From Ilumatobacteraceae bacterium (lineage in GTDB: Bacteria > Actinomycetota > Acidimicrobiia > Acidimicrobiales > Ilumatobacteraceae), in the NCBI GenBank assembly GCA_963752815.1, contig CAVVZI010000001.1:20709-84708 (forward strand): a DNA stretch of 64,000 nt, read 5' to 3'. The notes under the pieces are model-generated. The model had not been told where the DNA came from, did no database searches, and saw only the letters and a list, made by a program, of their open reading frames with translations. The translations under genes were made by a program, and so were the position numbers. Of this stretch, positions 13,421 through 26,541 are shown in pieces (position 1 is the stretch's first letter; every line of letters begins with the position of its first letter).

Positions 13421-13669
13421 ATGGTCGCCGGGATTTCATCGTTCGGGAATCGTCGCCTCTGCTCACGTCCGGGGTGCTCCGAACGCGCCGCGGTGACGCT
13501 CACGTACGACTACAGCCGGTCGCACGTCTGGCTCGACGAACTGCTCGCCGAGCGTGACCCGCACGCCTACGACCTGTGTGTGCGCCATGCGGCCCGGTTG
13601 TCGGTCCCGCACGGCTGGATGCTCGACGATCGCCGCCGCGTCGACCATCCGATCCTGCTCGCCGTCTGA
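13421..13669 (+). CDS. DUF3499 domain-containing protein (zinc-ribbon-like, Rv3258c-type)
   Basis: Contains RRLCSRPGCSERAAVTLTYDYSRSHVWLDELLAERDPHAYDLCVRHAARLSVPHGW. It shows the conserved actinobacterial synteny with phosphomannomutase. Confidence 0.7.
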   Translation: MVAGISSFGNRRLCSRPGCSERAAVTLTYDYSRSHVWLDELLAERDPHAYDLCVRHAARLSVPHGWMLDDRRRVDHPILLAV

Positions 13670-13693
13670 CCGTCGCTGTCGAGACTGCCTACA

Positions 13694-13751
13694 CCTCGTT
13701 TGCGTCAAGAAATCTGAGACCCGTTCCTCAGATTTCCCGACGCAAACGAGG
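13694..13751 (-). repeat. REP/MITE-like palindromic element, copy A (reverse orientation)
   Basis: Arms 13694-13718 and 13727-13751 pair at 23 of 25 positions. The core is CGTTTGCGTC..GACGCAAACG. The two mismatches are A-C on the top strand and G-U on the bottom strand. Confidence 0.8.
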
Positions 13752-13814
13752 ATCTGGCGGAGTTCGGTTTGGCGGGCTCGTGGGCCGACGTTCCGTCGCC
13801 ATCGTGCGCCGGTA

Positions 13815-14576
13815 GTGTCACGGGTCGTGGCCGATCCGACGTCACGCGGCGCGTTCCGCCCGACCGGCAACCCGATCCGAGCCGCCGCGGCTCCCCCGAT
13901 CGACCTCAGGGTCGCGCTGATCACCTTCGTGGTGTCGTGGGCGGTCGCCCAGGTCGTGTCGTCGGTGGTGCTCGCCGCGCTCGGCGGCGGCACGGACGTC
14001 GCCGATGTGTCGATCGGGGTTCTGGGGGCGTCGCTGGCCGCGGCGTGGGTCTGTTATCTGGTCGGCATGTGGATCGCGTCGGACCAGGTCGGCACCGGTC
14101 GGTTCGCCGACGACTACGGGCTGGAGTTCCGGCCGATCGACCTGCTCGGCGTGGGCATCGGCGTGCTGTCGCAGCTCGTCGTGGTCAACTTGGTCTACCT
14201 GCTCCTGCAGTGGCTCTGGCCGGCCACCTTCACCGACGATCGATTGCAGGAGAACGCCAAGGACCTCATCGACCGGGCGACGGGCGGGTCCGCCGTCCTG
14301 CTCATCGTGCTCGTGGGTGTCGGCGCGCCGATCGTCGAGGAACTGTTCTACCGCGGCCTGCTCCAGCGGTCGTTGCTCGCCCGCTACAGCGACGGGCTCG
14401 TCGTGGTGGGGGTGGCGCTGCTGTTCGCCCTCGTCCACTTCCGCGTGGTGGAGTACCCGGGTCTGTTCGTGTTCGGCCTGATCCTCGGCTTCTGTGCGAT
14501 GCGCACCGGCCGCCTCGGCATGTCGATCTGCGCGCACATCGGCTTCAACCTGACCGGGCTCGTACTGGCCTGGTGA
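13815..14576 (+). CDS. CPBP family intramembrane glutamic endopeptidase (CAAX protease-like)
   Basis: EELFYRGLLQ, FALVHF and HIGFN motifs plus multiple TM segments. The start is uncertain: GTG 13815 or 13827. Confidence 0.75.
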   Translation: MSRVVADPTSRGAFRPTGNPIRAAAAPPIDLRVALITFVVSWAVAQVVSSVVLAALGGGTDVADVSIGVLGASLAAAWVCYLVGMWIASDQVGTGRFADDYGLEFRPIDLLGVGIGVLSQLVVVNLVYLLLQWLWPATFTDDRLQENAKDLIDRATGGSAVLLIVLVGVGAPIVEELFYRGLLQRSLLARYSDGLVVVGVALLFALVHFRVVEYPGLFVFGLILGFCAMRTGRLGMSICAHIGFNLTGLVLAW

Positions 14577-14660
14577 GCGAGACGGTGAACGGCACGACAA
14601 CCGACGACGCGTCGGGCAGATCAGCGGCCATGATGGTGGACGCGTTCGAGCGCGGATGAC

Positions 14661-17336
14661 GTGATGAGTGATGACCTGAAGGAACCGGGGTCGCCTGTCG
14701 AGGGTGATGTGATCGACTGGTACGACCGCGCCTACCCGGCCGACGGGGCTGCGGTCGAGGGCGATGACACGGTGCTCGACGAGGATTCGGCGCCGCCGGT
14801 CGCATCTCCGTGGTACCGACGGGCGGCGCGGCGGGTCGTGCGGCGCCCGGTCGCCTGGTGGCAGCGGCCGTGGACCAACGAGCGGGTGGTCCGGGTGCTC
14901 GTCACGTCCACGGTGCTGGTCACCTCCACGGTCGTCATGATGATGGTCGTCCACCTGAACCCGTTCTCGCCGAGCAGCGACCTCGTGTTCGACCAGACGA
15001 CCCCCACCGGCGGCGACATGGGCGCTCACGTGTGGGCGCCCGCCTATCTCCGCGACCACCTGCTCCCGCACTTCCAGTTGTCGGGCTGGAGCATGGACTG
15101 GTACGGCGGCCTGCCGATCTATCGCTTCTACATGGTCGTTCCCGCGCTGGCCATCGTGGCCCTCGACGTGATCCTCCCGTACGGGGTGGCGTTCAAGCTC
15201 GTGGCGATCTCCGGGCTGCTGCTCTTCCCGATCGCCTGCTGGACGTTCGGCCGGCTCGCTGCCTTCCGCCACCCGATCCCCGAACTGTTCGCGATCGCGG
15301 GGCTCTGCTTCCTGCTCGACGAGAGCTACCAGATCTACGGCGGCAACGTGAAGTCCACGATGGCGGGGGAGTTCTCGTTCTCGATCGCCCTCACGCTGGC
15401 GATGTTCGGGCTCGGCCTGCTCGCGGCCGGGCTGCGGACGGGGAAGTACCGCGTCTCCGCGTCGATCGTGCTGTCGTTGGCCGCGGTCTCGCACGGCATC
15501 GTGCTGATCTTCGTCGCCGTCAGCGCGATCATCCTGTGCCTCGTCTGGATCGACCGAAAACGGTTCGTCTACGCCATCACGACCGGTGCCACGACGCTGC
15601 TGCTGTCGGCCTGGTGGGTCGGCCCGTTCCTGTTCGGTCATCAGTACATGACCGACATGAAGTACGGGTTCCGCCCCGAGGGCGCGAGCGATTCGTTCTA
15701 CGACATGTTCTTCCCGCTCACCACGACGCTCGACATCATCATCACGACGCTGGCGATCGTCGGGTTCGTGGCGATGATCATGCGCCGCAACCTCACCGGT
15801 ACGGCGATGGGGCTGATCGGCATCGCGTTCATCGGTCTCGTGTACATGACGCGCGACAGCCTGCCGCTCATCGGCCTGCTGTGGAACCCGCGACTGCTCC
15901 CGTTCGTCTACCTCATGCGCTACCTGCTGATGATGATCGGCGCGCTGGAGGTCATCGGCTGGGTGGTCAACGCCGTCCGCGGCAGGCTGGCCTCCGAGCA
16001 GATGACGGTGTACGAGGGTGCGATCGCGGCGGGGATGATCACCCTGTCGTGCCTCGTCGTGTTCGGCTGGATGTACGAGATGCTGCCGTTCGACGGCCGG
16101 GTCAAGAGCGGCGACTCGACGGTGTACGCCTGGGGTCCGTTCCACAAGACGCCGACGGCCGGTCGGGCCGTGGCCGATGGATGGACGCGCTACAACATGG
16201 TCGGCTACGAGGGACGTTCGGCGTACCCCGAATACCACGACGTGGTGCAGACCATGGACGAGATCGGCAAGGAGCGCGGCTGCGGCCGGGCGCTGTGGGA
16301 GAACAACGAGGACAACGGCCAGTACGGCACGACGATGGCGTTGATGCTGCTGCCGCACTGGACCGACGGCTGCATCGCGTCGATGGAGGGCCTGTTCTTC
16401 GAGGCGTCGGGCACCACGCCGTACCACTTCCTGACGGCGGCGGCGATGTCCAAGAGCTCGTCGAACCCGGTGCGCCAGCTCCGCTACGTGAACAACGACG
16501 CCAGCGTCGGCGTGCCCGAGATGGCCGACCTCGGCGTCCGCTATCTGATGGTCCGCACCGACGAGGCCAAGGCCCAGGCCGCCGGGAACGATCGGTTGCA
16601 ACTGGTCGCCAGCTCGGGTCCGTGGGACATCTACGAGCTCGGCGAGGCCCGGATCGTCGAAGCGCTGAAGGTGCAACCGGTGGTCGTCGAGCCGCGTTCG
16701 GGTGACCAGCGGGAACGCAATCTCGAGGTCGGCACGAGTTGGTTCCAGCAGCAGGAGGACTGGGCGGCGCGGCCGGCCAACGACGGGCCCGCCGACTGGC
16801 AGCGCATCCCGGTCGAGGTCGACATGGCGGCGCGGGTCGGCGAGCCGGGCGACCGCAGCCGCAACGTCGACTACGTCGTGCCCGCCGAGCCGATCGACGT
16901 CGTCGACCTCCCGGAGATCACGGTGTCCGACGTCGAGATCGGCGAGCAGTCGGTCCACTTCCACGTCGACCAGATCGGCGTCCCGGTGCTGGTCCGGGTG
17001 AGCTACTTCCCGAACTGGCAGGCGCACGGCGCCGAGGGGCCGTACCGGGTGGCCCCCAACTTCATGGTCGTCGTCCCCACCTCGAACGACGTCAGCCTCA
17101 CCTACGAGCGCTCCTCGCTCGACTGGTTCTTCTACGCCCTCACGCTCTGTGGAATCGCCCTGTGCTTCTACTGGCGCCGCCGCGGCGACATGATCTACCC
17201 CGACGCCATCGATGTCGACGCCCGGCCCGCCGATGAGCAGCCGGTCGGCGAGCTGGTCGATCCGCTGGTTGATCCGCCGGTCGATGAACCGGTCGAGCCG
17301 CTGGTCAGCGCACCCGTGGACGGTCCGCTCGGGTGA
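14661..17336 (+). CDS. Large polytopic membrane protein (891 aa) with a big extracytoplasmic C-domain; putative GT-C-like glycosyltransferase / COG5617-like
   Basis: About 12 or more TM segments between residues 60 and 480, then a soluble roughly 350-aa domain. The first loop reads TPTGGDMGAHVWAPAYLRDH. The opposite-strand 1061-aa ORF is Arg/His/Pro junk. Confidence 0.6.
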   Translation: MMSDDLKEPGSPVEGDVIDWYDRAYPADGAAVEGDDTVLDEDSAPPVASPWYRRAARRVVRRPVAWWQRPWTNERVVRVLVTSTVLVTSTVVMMMVVHLNPFSPSSDLVFDQTTPTGGDMGAHVWAPAYLRDHLLPHFQLSGWSMDWYGGLPIYRFYMVVPALAIVALDVILPYGVAFKLVAISGLLLFPIACWTFGRLAAFRHPIPELFAIAGLCFLLDESYQIYGGNVKSTMAGEFSFSIALTLAMFGLGLLAAGLRTGKYRVSASIVLSLAAVSHGIVLIFVAVSAIILCLVWIDRKRFVYAITTGATTLLLSAWWVGPFLFGHQYMTDMKYGFRPEGASDSFYDMFFPLTTTLDIIITTLAIVGFVAMIMRRNLTGTAMGLIGIAFIGLVYMTRDSLPLIGLLWNPRLLPFVYLMRYLLMMIGALEVIGWVVNAVRGRLASEQMTVYEGAIAAGMITLSCLVVFGWMYEMLPFDGRVKSGDSTVYAWGPFHKTPTAGRAVADGWTRYNMVGYEGRSAYPEYHDVVQTMDEIGKERGCGRALWENNEDNGQYGTTMALMLLPHWTDGCIASMEGLFFEASGTTPYHFLTAAAMSKSSSNPVRQLRYVNNDASVGVPEMADLGVRYLMVRTDEAKAQAAGNDRLQLVASSGPWDIYELGEARIVEALKVQPVVVEPRSGDQRERNLEVGTSWFQQQEDWAARPANDGPADWQRIPVEVDMAARVGEPGDRSRNVDYVVPAEPIDVVDLPEITVSDVEIGEQSVHFHVDQIGVPVLVRVSYFPNWQAHGAEGPYRVAPNFMVVVPTSNDVSLTYERSSLDWFFYALTLCGIALCFYWRRRGDMIYPDAIDVDARPADEQPVGELVDPLVDPPVDEPVEPLVSAPVDGPLG

Positions 17337-17380
17337 AATCCGAGGCCACGCCTGGCCCGGGCGATAGCGTCTCGGCCGTC

Positions 17381-18742
17381 ATGTCACCGCTGTCCACCAT
17401 CGTCAAGGCCTACGACATCAGAGGGACCGTGCCCGATGAGCTCAATGTCGAGATCGCACACGCGCTGGGCGTCGGGTTCGCAGTTTTCGTGAAGTCGGCC
17501 GGCGCCGACCGGGTGGTCGTCGCCCGCGACATGCGCCCGTCCGGCCCGAAGTTGCTGGCGGCGTTCTGCGACGGCCTGCTCGAACACGGTCTCGACGTCA
17601 TCGATCTGGGGCTGGCCTCCACCGACCTGATGTACTTCGGCGCGGGCAGCCTCGACGCTCCCGGCGCGATGTTCACGGCCTCGCACAATCCGGCCGGGTA
17701 CAACGGCATCAAACTCTGCTTGGCGGGCGCCCGTCCGGTCGGTGTCGACACCGGTCTCGCCGAGGTGCAGCGGGTTGCGCAGGACGTCCTCGACGGGCGC
17801 GCCCCGCGGACGGCCGCCACGTGCGGCAAGCGCTCCGAGCAGGACCTGCTCAGCCGCTTCGCCGACCACGTGCTGAGCTTCGTCGATCCGGCCGACATCG
17901 GCGAGATGAAGGTCGTCGCCGACACCGCCAACGGCATGGGCGGCCTGGTCGTCCCGGCCGTCATGGAGCGGCTCCCGGGGGTGGAGCTCGAGGTGATGTA
18001 CCCCGAACTCGACGGCACGTTCCCGAACCATCCTGCCGACCCGCTCCAGCCGGCGAACCAGCGCGACCTGCGGGCCCGCGTCGTCACGGGCGGCTTCGAT
18101 CTCGGCCTGGCCTTCGACGGCGACGCCGACCGCGTCTTCGTCGTCGACGAACTCGGCCACGGCCTGAGCGGTTCCACCACGACGGCGTTGCTCGCCGGCG
18201 CCGTGCTGCGCACCCATCCCGGCGCCACGATCCTGCACAACCTCATCTGCTCGAAGGCGGTGCCCGAGGTGGTCGCCGAACGTGGGGGCATCCCGATCCG
18301 CACGAAGGTCGGTCACTCGTTCATCAAGCAGATCATGGCCGAGACCGGTGCCGTGTTCGGCGGCGAGCATTCGGCGCACTATTACTTCGCCCGCAACTAC
18401 AACGCCGACAGCGGACTCATCGCGTCGTTGATGGTGATGGCCGAGGTGGGTCGGACCGCCCAGCCGTTGTCGATCGTGCGCAAGCCGTTCGAGCGCTATT
18501 CCGCGAGCGGCGAGATCAACACCCAGGTGGACGACGCCGCGGCGGTGATCGAACGGATCAGCGAGCGGTATGCCGGCGAGCAGCAGGATCGCCTCGACGG
18601 TCTCACGGTCGACTGCGGGAAGTGGTGGTTCAACCTCCGCCCGTCGAACACCGAGCCGCTGCTGCGTCTCAACCTCGAGGCGTCCGACCGCAGCGCCTGC
18701 GACGACCGCGTCGCGGAACTACTGTCGGCCATCACCGACTGA
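17381..18742 (+). CDS. manB: Phosphomannomutase/phosphoglucomutase
   Basis: Active-site motif TASHNPAGYNGIK and metal-binding loop FDGDADR. An alternative start is GTG 17333, which overlaps the upstream stop. Confidence 0.9.
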   Translation: MSPLSTIVKAYDIRGTVPDELNVEIAHALGVGFAVFVKSAGADRVVVARDMRPSGPKLLAAFCDGLLEHGLDVIDLGLASTDLMYFGAGSLDAPGAMFTASHNPAGYNGIKLCLAGARPVGVDTGLAEVQRVAQDVLDGRAPRTAATCGKRSEQDLLSRFADHVLSFVDPADIGEMKVVADTANGMGGLVVPAVMERLPGVELEVMYPELDGTFPNHPADPLQPANQRDLRARVVTGGFDLGLAFDGDADRVFVVDELGHGLSGSTTTALLAGAVLRTHPGATILHNLICSKAVPEVVAERGGIPIRTKVGHSFIKQIMAETGAVFGGEHSAHYYFARNYNADSGLIASLMVMAEVGRTAQPLSIVRKPFERYSASGEINTQVDDAAAVIERISERYAGEQQDRLDGLTVDCGKWWFNLRPSNTEPLLRLNLEASDRSACDDRVAELLSAITD

Positions 18743-18773
18743 ACCATTCGATCGAAGCAGAGGAATACATCAC

Positions 18774-19013
18774 ATGGCGCTGGCGACCGAGTTGCTCGAA
18801 ATCCTCGCGTGCCCCGACGACAAGGGCCCGCTGTACTACCTCGAGGGCGAGTCGGTCCTCTACAACCCGCGTCTGCGTCGCCGCTACGACATCCGCGACG
18901 ACATCCCGGTGATGTTGATCGACGAGTCGACGATCGTCGACGATGCCGAGCACGAGCGGCTGATGGCCATCGTCGAGCGCGAGTCGATCGAGCCGACGTT
19001 CGACGCCGGCTGA
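18774..19013 (+). CDS. Trm112 family protein
   Basis: 79 aa: MALATELLEILACPDDKGPLYY...YDIRDDIPVMLIDES. An AGAGGA Shine-Dalgarno lies about 10 nt upstream. Confidence 0.8.
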   Translation: MALATELLEILACPDDKGPLYYLEGESVLYNPRLRRRYDIRDDIPVMLIDESTIVDDAEHERLMAIVERESIEPTFDAG

Positions 19014-19050
19014 TGCCCGCGTACATGACGGTTCGATTACGGTTCCGTCG

Positions 19051-20485
19051 ATGACCTCGTTCCGATCGCTCCGTAGCGTTGCCGCGCTCGCCGCATTGTG
19101 CGCGAGCGCGCTGGTCGCGGTCGGTGCCGCCGGCGGCACACCGATCGCGTCGGCGCAGGTAACGAGCCTGGCGTCGGGTGGCGAGTACCACCCGGTCACG
19201 CCGACGCGCATCTTCGACACGCGCGGTGCCGGGATCAACGACACCGCGCCGCTCGGTCCCAAGCCGGCGAACGCCGCCGGCCAGACGTTCACGTTCGATG
19301 CCCTCGGCCAGGGCGGGATTCCCGCCGAGGTCGCCGGTGCGAACCGGGACGTGCTCGCCGTCGTGTTGAACATCACCGTCGACAACCCGTCGCGGGCCGG
19401 CTACCTGTCGATCGCTCCTGCCGGATCCGCCGCCGGCACGTCGTCGCTCGTCAACTTCAATGCCGGCGAGAACGTGCCCAACCTCGCCGTCGTCGGCGCC
19501 GGCACGAACGGAGCCGTTTCGGTGACGCTCGTGATGCCCGAGGGCGCCGGCAACGCGAACGTGCTCGTCGACGTGTTCGGCTGGGTCTCCAAGAGCGACT
19601 ATCCCGACACCGACGACAGCGGCGCCCGGTTCCAGCCGGTCGGTCCCGGCCGCATCCTCGACACCCGTTCCGGCCCCGTTCCCGCCGGCTGGGCCGGCGG
19701 GCACACCGCTCGGTCCCGACGGGCGGCTGACGCTGCCGATCCGCGGCGCCGACGCCGTGCTGCCGGCCGTCACCGACATCGTGCCGAACGACCCGAACGT
19801 CACCGGCGTGATGGTCAACATCACCGCCGTGGCCCAGACGCTGAACACGTTCGTGTCCGCCACACCCGGCGACGTTCCCGGCGGCACGCTGCCCACCACG
19901 TCGAACACGAACCTGTCGCGCGGCCAGGTGAAGGCCAACATGGCGATCGTGCCGGTCGGCGCCGACGGCAACATCCGGCTCTACAACGCCTACGGCAACA
20001 CCCATCTGATCGTCGACGTGTTGGGCTACCTGTACAAGGGCGCCGACGCCGCCACGACCACCGGCCGCGTCGTGCCGCTCGATGCCCCGTTCCGCGTGTT
20101 CGACACCCGCCAGCCGGAATTCGGTGCCGCCCCGCTCGGCTTCGCCACGAGCGAGAGCTGGAGCTTCGCCGACTTCACCGATTCGGTGAAGCTCGGTGGT
20201 GTACCGCTCGGCGCGCAGACCGCGTTCATCGGCAACCTCACGGGCACCGGCCTCACGCGGCTGCCGGGCTTCAGCCAGCCGGTCACCACGTACATGACGA
20301 TGTATCCGGGCGGCGCCGTGAAGCCCGAGAGCTCGAACATCAACCTGGTCGAGGGCCAATCGGTGCCGAACATGTCGCTGCTGCGCTACGGCACGGCCGG
20401 TACCGACGACAACGTGATCAACGCGTACAACTTCAACGGGTCGGTGCACTACCTGCTCGACGTGTACGCCGTCGTACTGGCTTAG
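19051..20485 (+). pseudogene. Secreted protein made of three tandem ~150-aa repeats of an uncharacterised domain; frame broken by one extra base as sequenced
   Basis: Signal peptide MTSFRSLRSVAALAALCASALVAVGAAGGTPIASA. The three repeats begin (Y/F)xPVxPxR(I/V)xDTR and end VDVxG(W/Y). ORF 19051-20544 shifts into ORF 19757-20485 somewhere in 19670-19705. Length is 1435 nt = 3n+1. Confidence 0.65.
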
Positions 20486-20625
20486 TTAGCTCGCTTGCGC
20501 CGTTGTGCGCCGGTAGGATTCGCGCCACCGAATCGCCGGGCTGATTCGATCGGTGCCTGAAGGCCCCTGCCCGGTTCGTCCATCGAACCAGTTGCGCGCC
20601 CACGCGCCATCTTGAAGGGGAACCC

Positions 20626-22124
<1,499 letters not shown>

Positions 22125-22130
22125 CTCCGT

Positions 22131-22175
22131 TCTCGTGAACTTCTTGCGGCGTATGTGCGCAAGAAGTTCACGAGA
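22131..22175. terminator. Perfect 18-bp hairpin (9-nt loop) between convergent ahcY and the YczE-like gene
   Basis: TCTCGTGAACTTCTTGCG (22131-22148) is the exact reverse complement of 22158-22175. Confidence 0.6.
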
Positions 22176-22814
22176 TCACCGGGCGGTCGGGGCGTCGATG
22201 CTCGTCGCGACCGGACGTTCGCGGATGCTCAGCCGCGGCAGGAAGATCTGCACCATCGGGCCGATGCCGAGCGCGAACACGGCGGTACCGATCCCGATCG
22301 ATCCACCGAGGGCGACACCCGCCAGGAGCACGAGCAGTTCGATGCCCGTGCGCGCCACGTGGATCGACACGCCGTGTCGCCCGAGCCCGGTCATGAGGCC
22401 GTCGCGCGGGCCGGGGCCCAGGCCGGCGCCGATGTACAGCCCTGAGCCGGCACCGATCACGACAACCCCGGCGAGCATCATCGCCACCCTGGGCACGAGC
22501 AACTCGGGCTCGGGAAGGATCGGCAGGAAGACGTCGACGAACAGGCCGATCGCGAACGCGTTCAGGATCGTGCCGAGGCCTGGCGACTCGCCGAGCGGGA
22601 TCCACAGGAGCAGCAGGAGCACTCCGGTGATGATGATCACGGTGCCGACGGGAATTCCGGTGAGCTCGCTCACGCCGGTGTGGAAGACGTCCCAGGGCGC
22701 CGCACCCAGGTCGGCATCGATCAGCAGAGCGATGCCGAGCCCGAACATGGCCAGCCCGGCCATGCAGCGTGCGATTCGCTCGAACGCGCGGTCTTGGGGG
22801 ATGAACCGGTGCAC
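22176..22814 (-). CDS. YczE/YitT-like integral membrane protein
   Basis: Hydrophobic 5-6 TM protein with ...LGIALLIDADLGAAPWDVFHTGVSELTGIPVGT... The start is GTG 22814 or ATG 22763. Confidence 0.6.
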   Translation of the reverse strand: MHRFIPQDRAFERIARCMAGLAMFGLGIALLIDADLGAAPWDVFHTGVSELTGIPVGTVIIITGVLLLLLWIPLGESPGLGTILNAFAIGLFVDVFLPILPEPELLVPRVAMMLAGVVVIGAGSGLYIGAGLGPGPRDGLMTGLGRHGVSIHVARTGIELLVLLAGVALGGSIGIGTAVFALGIGPMVQIFLPRLSIRERPVATSIDAPTAR

Positions 22815-22860
22815 GCCTGCACGGTAACGACCCCGCAGCGCACGCCGTCCGACATTTTGC

Positions 22861-22961
22861 GGCAGACACTCTGACCGCGGGCAGGCCGATCGACTGCCAC
22901 AAACGATGCGGCGAAGTCTGTGGCAGACACTCTGACCGCGGGTCGGCCGATCGACTGCCAC
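22861..22961. repeat. Two 40-nt direct repeats with 61-bp period in a divergent promoter region
   Basis: 22861-22900 and 22922-22961 are identical at 38 of 40 positions (GGCAGACACTCTGACCGCGGG..GGCCGATCGACTGCCAC). Each is bounded by the inverted TGGCAG/CTGCCA. A possible partial inverted third copy lies at 22984-23002. Confidence 0.8.
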
Positions 22962-23009
22962 ATACGGGGCGCCGGCACGAGCCGGTCGAGAGTGTCAGAC
23001 CCCTTCGTC

Positions 23010-23642
23010 ATGATCGATCACATGCTGCTCATGACACGTTGTGCCGGATGTGATGCCCCGGGTGCACCGGTGTGCACCACCTGCCGATTCGCCCTCGTCG
23101 GGCGAACACCCCGACCGCAGCCCCACGGCGTCCATGCCGCCGTGCCGTTCACCGGCCGGGCCCGCGACGTGGTCCTCGGCCTGAAGTACCGCAACCGGCG
23201 TCGCGTCGGCCGGCACCTCGCCGGACTCGTCGTGAACCAGATCGTCGAACGTGGCGATCACCGGCGGATCGACGTGGTCACGTGGGCACCGACCAGCGCC
23301 GCTCGCCGCCGCGAGCGTGGCTTCGACCAGGGCGAAGTGTTGGCCCGCCACATCGGGGCCCAGCTCGGCGTGCCCGTGCGCCGGCTGCTCGATCGCACGT
23401 CGTCGGACGGCCCGCAGACCGGCCGGACCCGTCGGGAGCGACTCGCCAGCTCGCTGTTCCGGGCCCGACCCGACGTCCGCGACATGTCGGTGCTGGTGGT
23501 CGACGACGTCGTCACCACCGGCGCCACCATGACGCATGCTGCGCACGCCCTTGCAGCGGCGGGCGCGGCCGAGGTGTTGCTGTACGCCGTGGCGTCCACA
23601 CCGGCCGCGGTCGGTCGGCGCGGGCTCGCGGCGGTCGCATGA
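23010..23642 (+). CDS. ComF family protein (phosphoribosyltransferase domain, N-terminal zinc finger)
   Basis: CAGCDAPGAPVCTTC zinc-finger-like motif and the PRPP motif VLVVDDVVTTGAT. The usual position upstream of secA. Confidence 0.8.
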   Translation: MIDHMLLMTRCAGCDAPGAPVCTTCRFALVGRTPRPQPHGVHAAVPFTGRARDVVLGLKYRNRRRVGRHLAGLVVNQIVERGDHRRIDVVTWAPTSAARRRERGFDQGEVLARHIGAQLGVPVRRLLDRTSSDGPQTGRTRRERLASSLFRARPDVRDMSVLVVDDVVTTGATMTHAAHALAAAGAAEVLLYAVASTPAAVGRRGLAAVA

Positions 23643-23711
23643 TCGAGGAGACACGACGGCCGCCCCGCCGATCACCGCCGAGAAGTGCCTGCCGATAGGC
23701 TCGATCGCTGC

Positions 23712-26514
<2,803 letters not shown>

Positions 26515-26541
26515 ACGGCGCGGCCGCGGCGCCCATCGATC

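Noticed and set aside
13842-17027. 1061-aa ORF on the minus strand
   Set aside because: It is antisense to the well-supported 891-aa membrane protein, CPBP protease and DUF3499 genes. The translation is Arg/His/Pro/Asp-rich with no motifs, which is the typical long shadow ORF of a high-GC genome.
20486-20625. Possible SAH riboswitch upstream of ahcY
   Set aside because: The leader is structured, but I could not find the hallmark AGGAGCGC ... CAGGCUCGG ... AACGGCGCUC pseudoknot words or complementary equivalents. Only cmsearch with RF01057 could settle this, so I do not call it.
22861-22876. TGGCAG-N5-CTGAC as a sigma-54 -24/-12 promoter
   Set aside because: The -12 element does not match TTGC, and actinobacteria lack sigma-54.
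22861-22961. Tandem repeats here (and at 46616-46664) as a CRISPR array
   Set aside because: There are only 2-3 copies, the spacers are too short or absent, the periods (61 and 18 bp) are wrong, and no cas genes are present.
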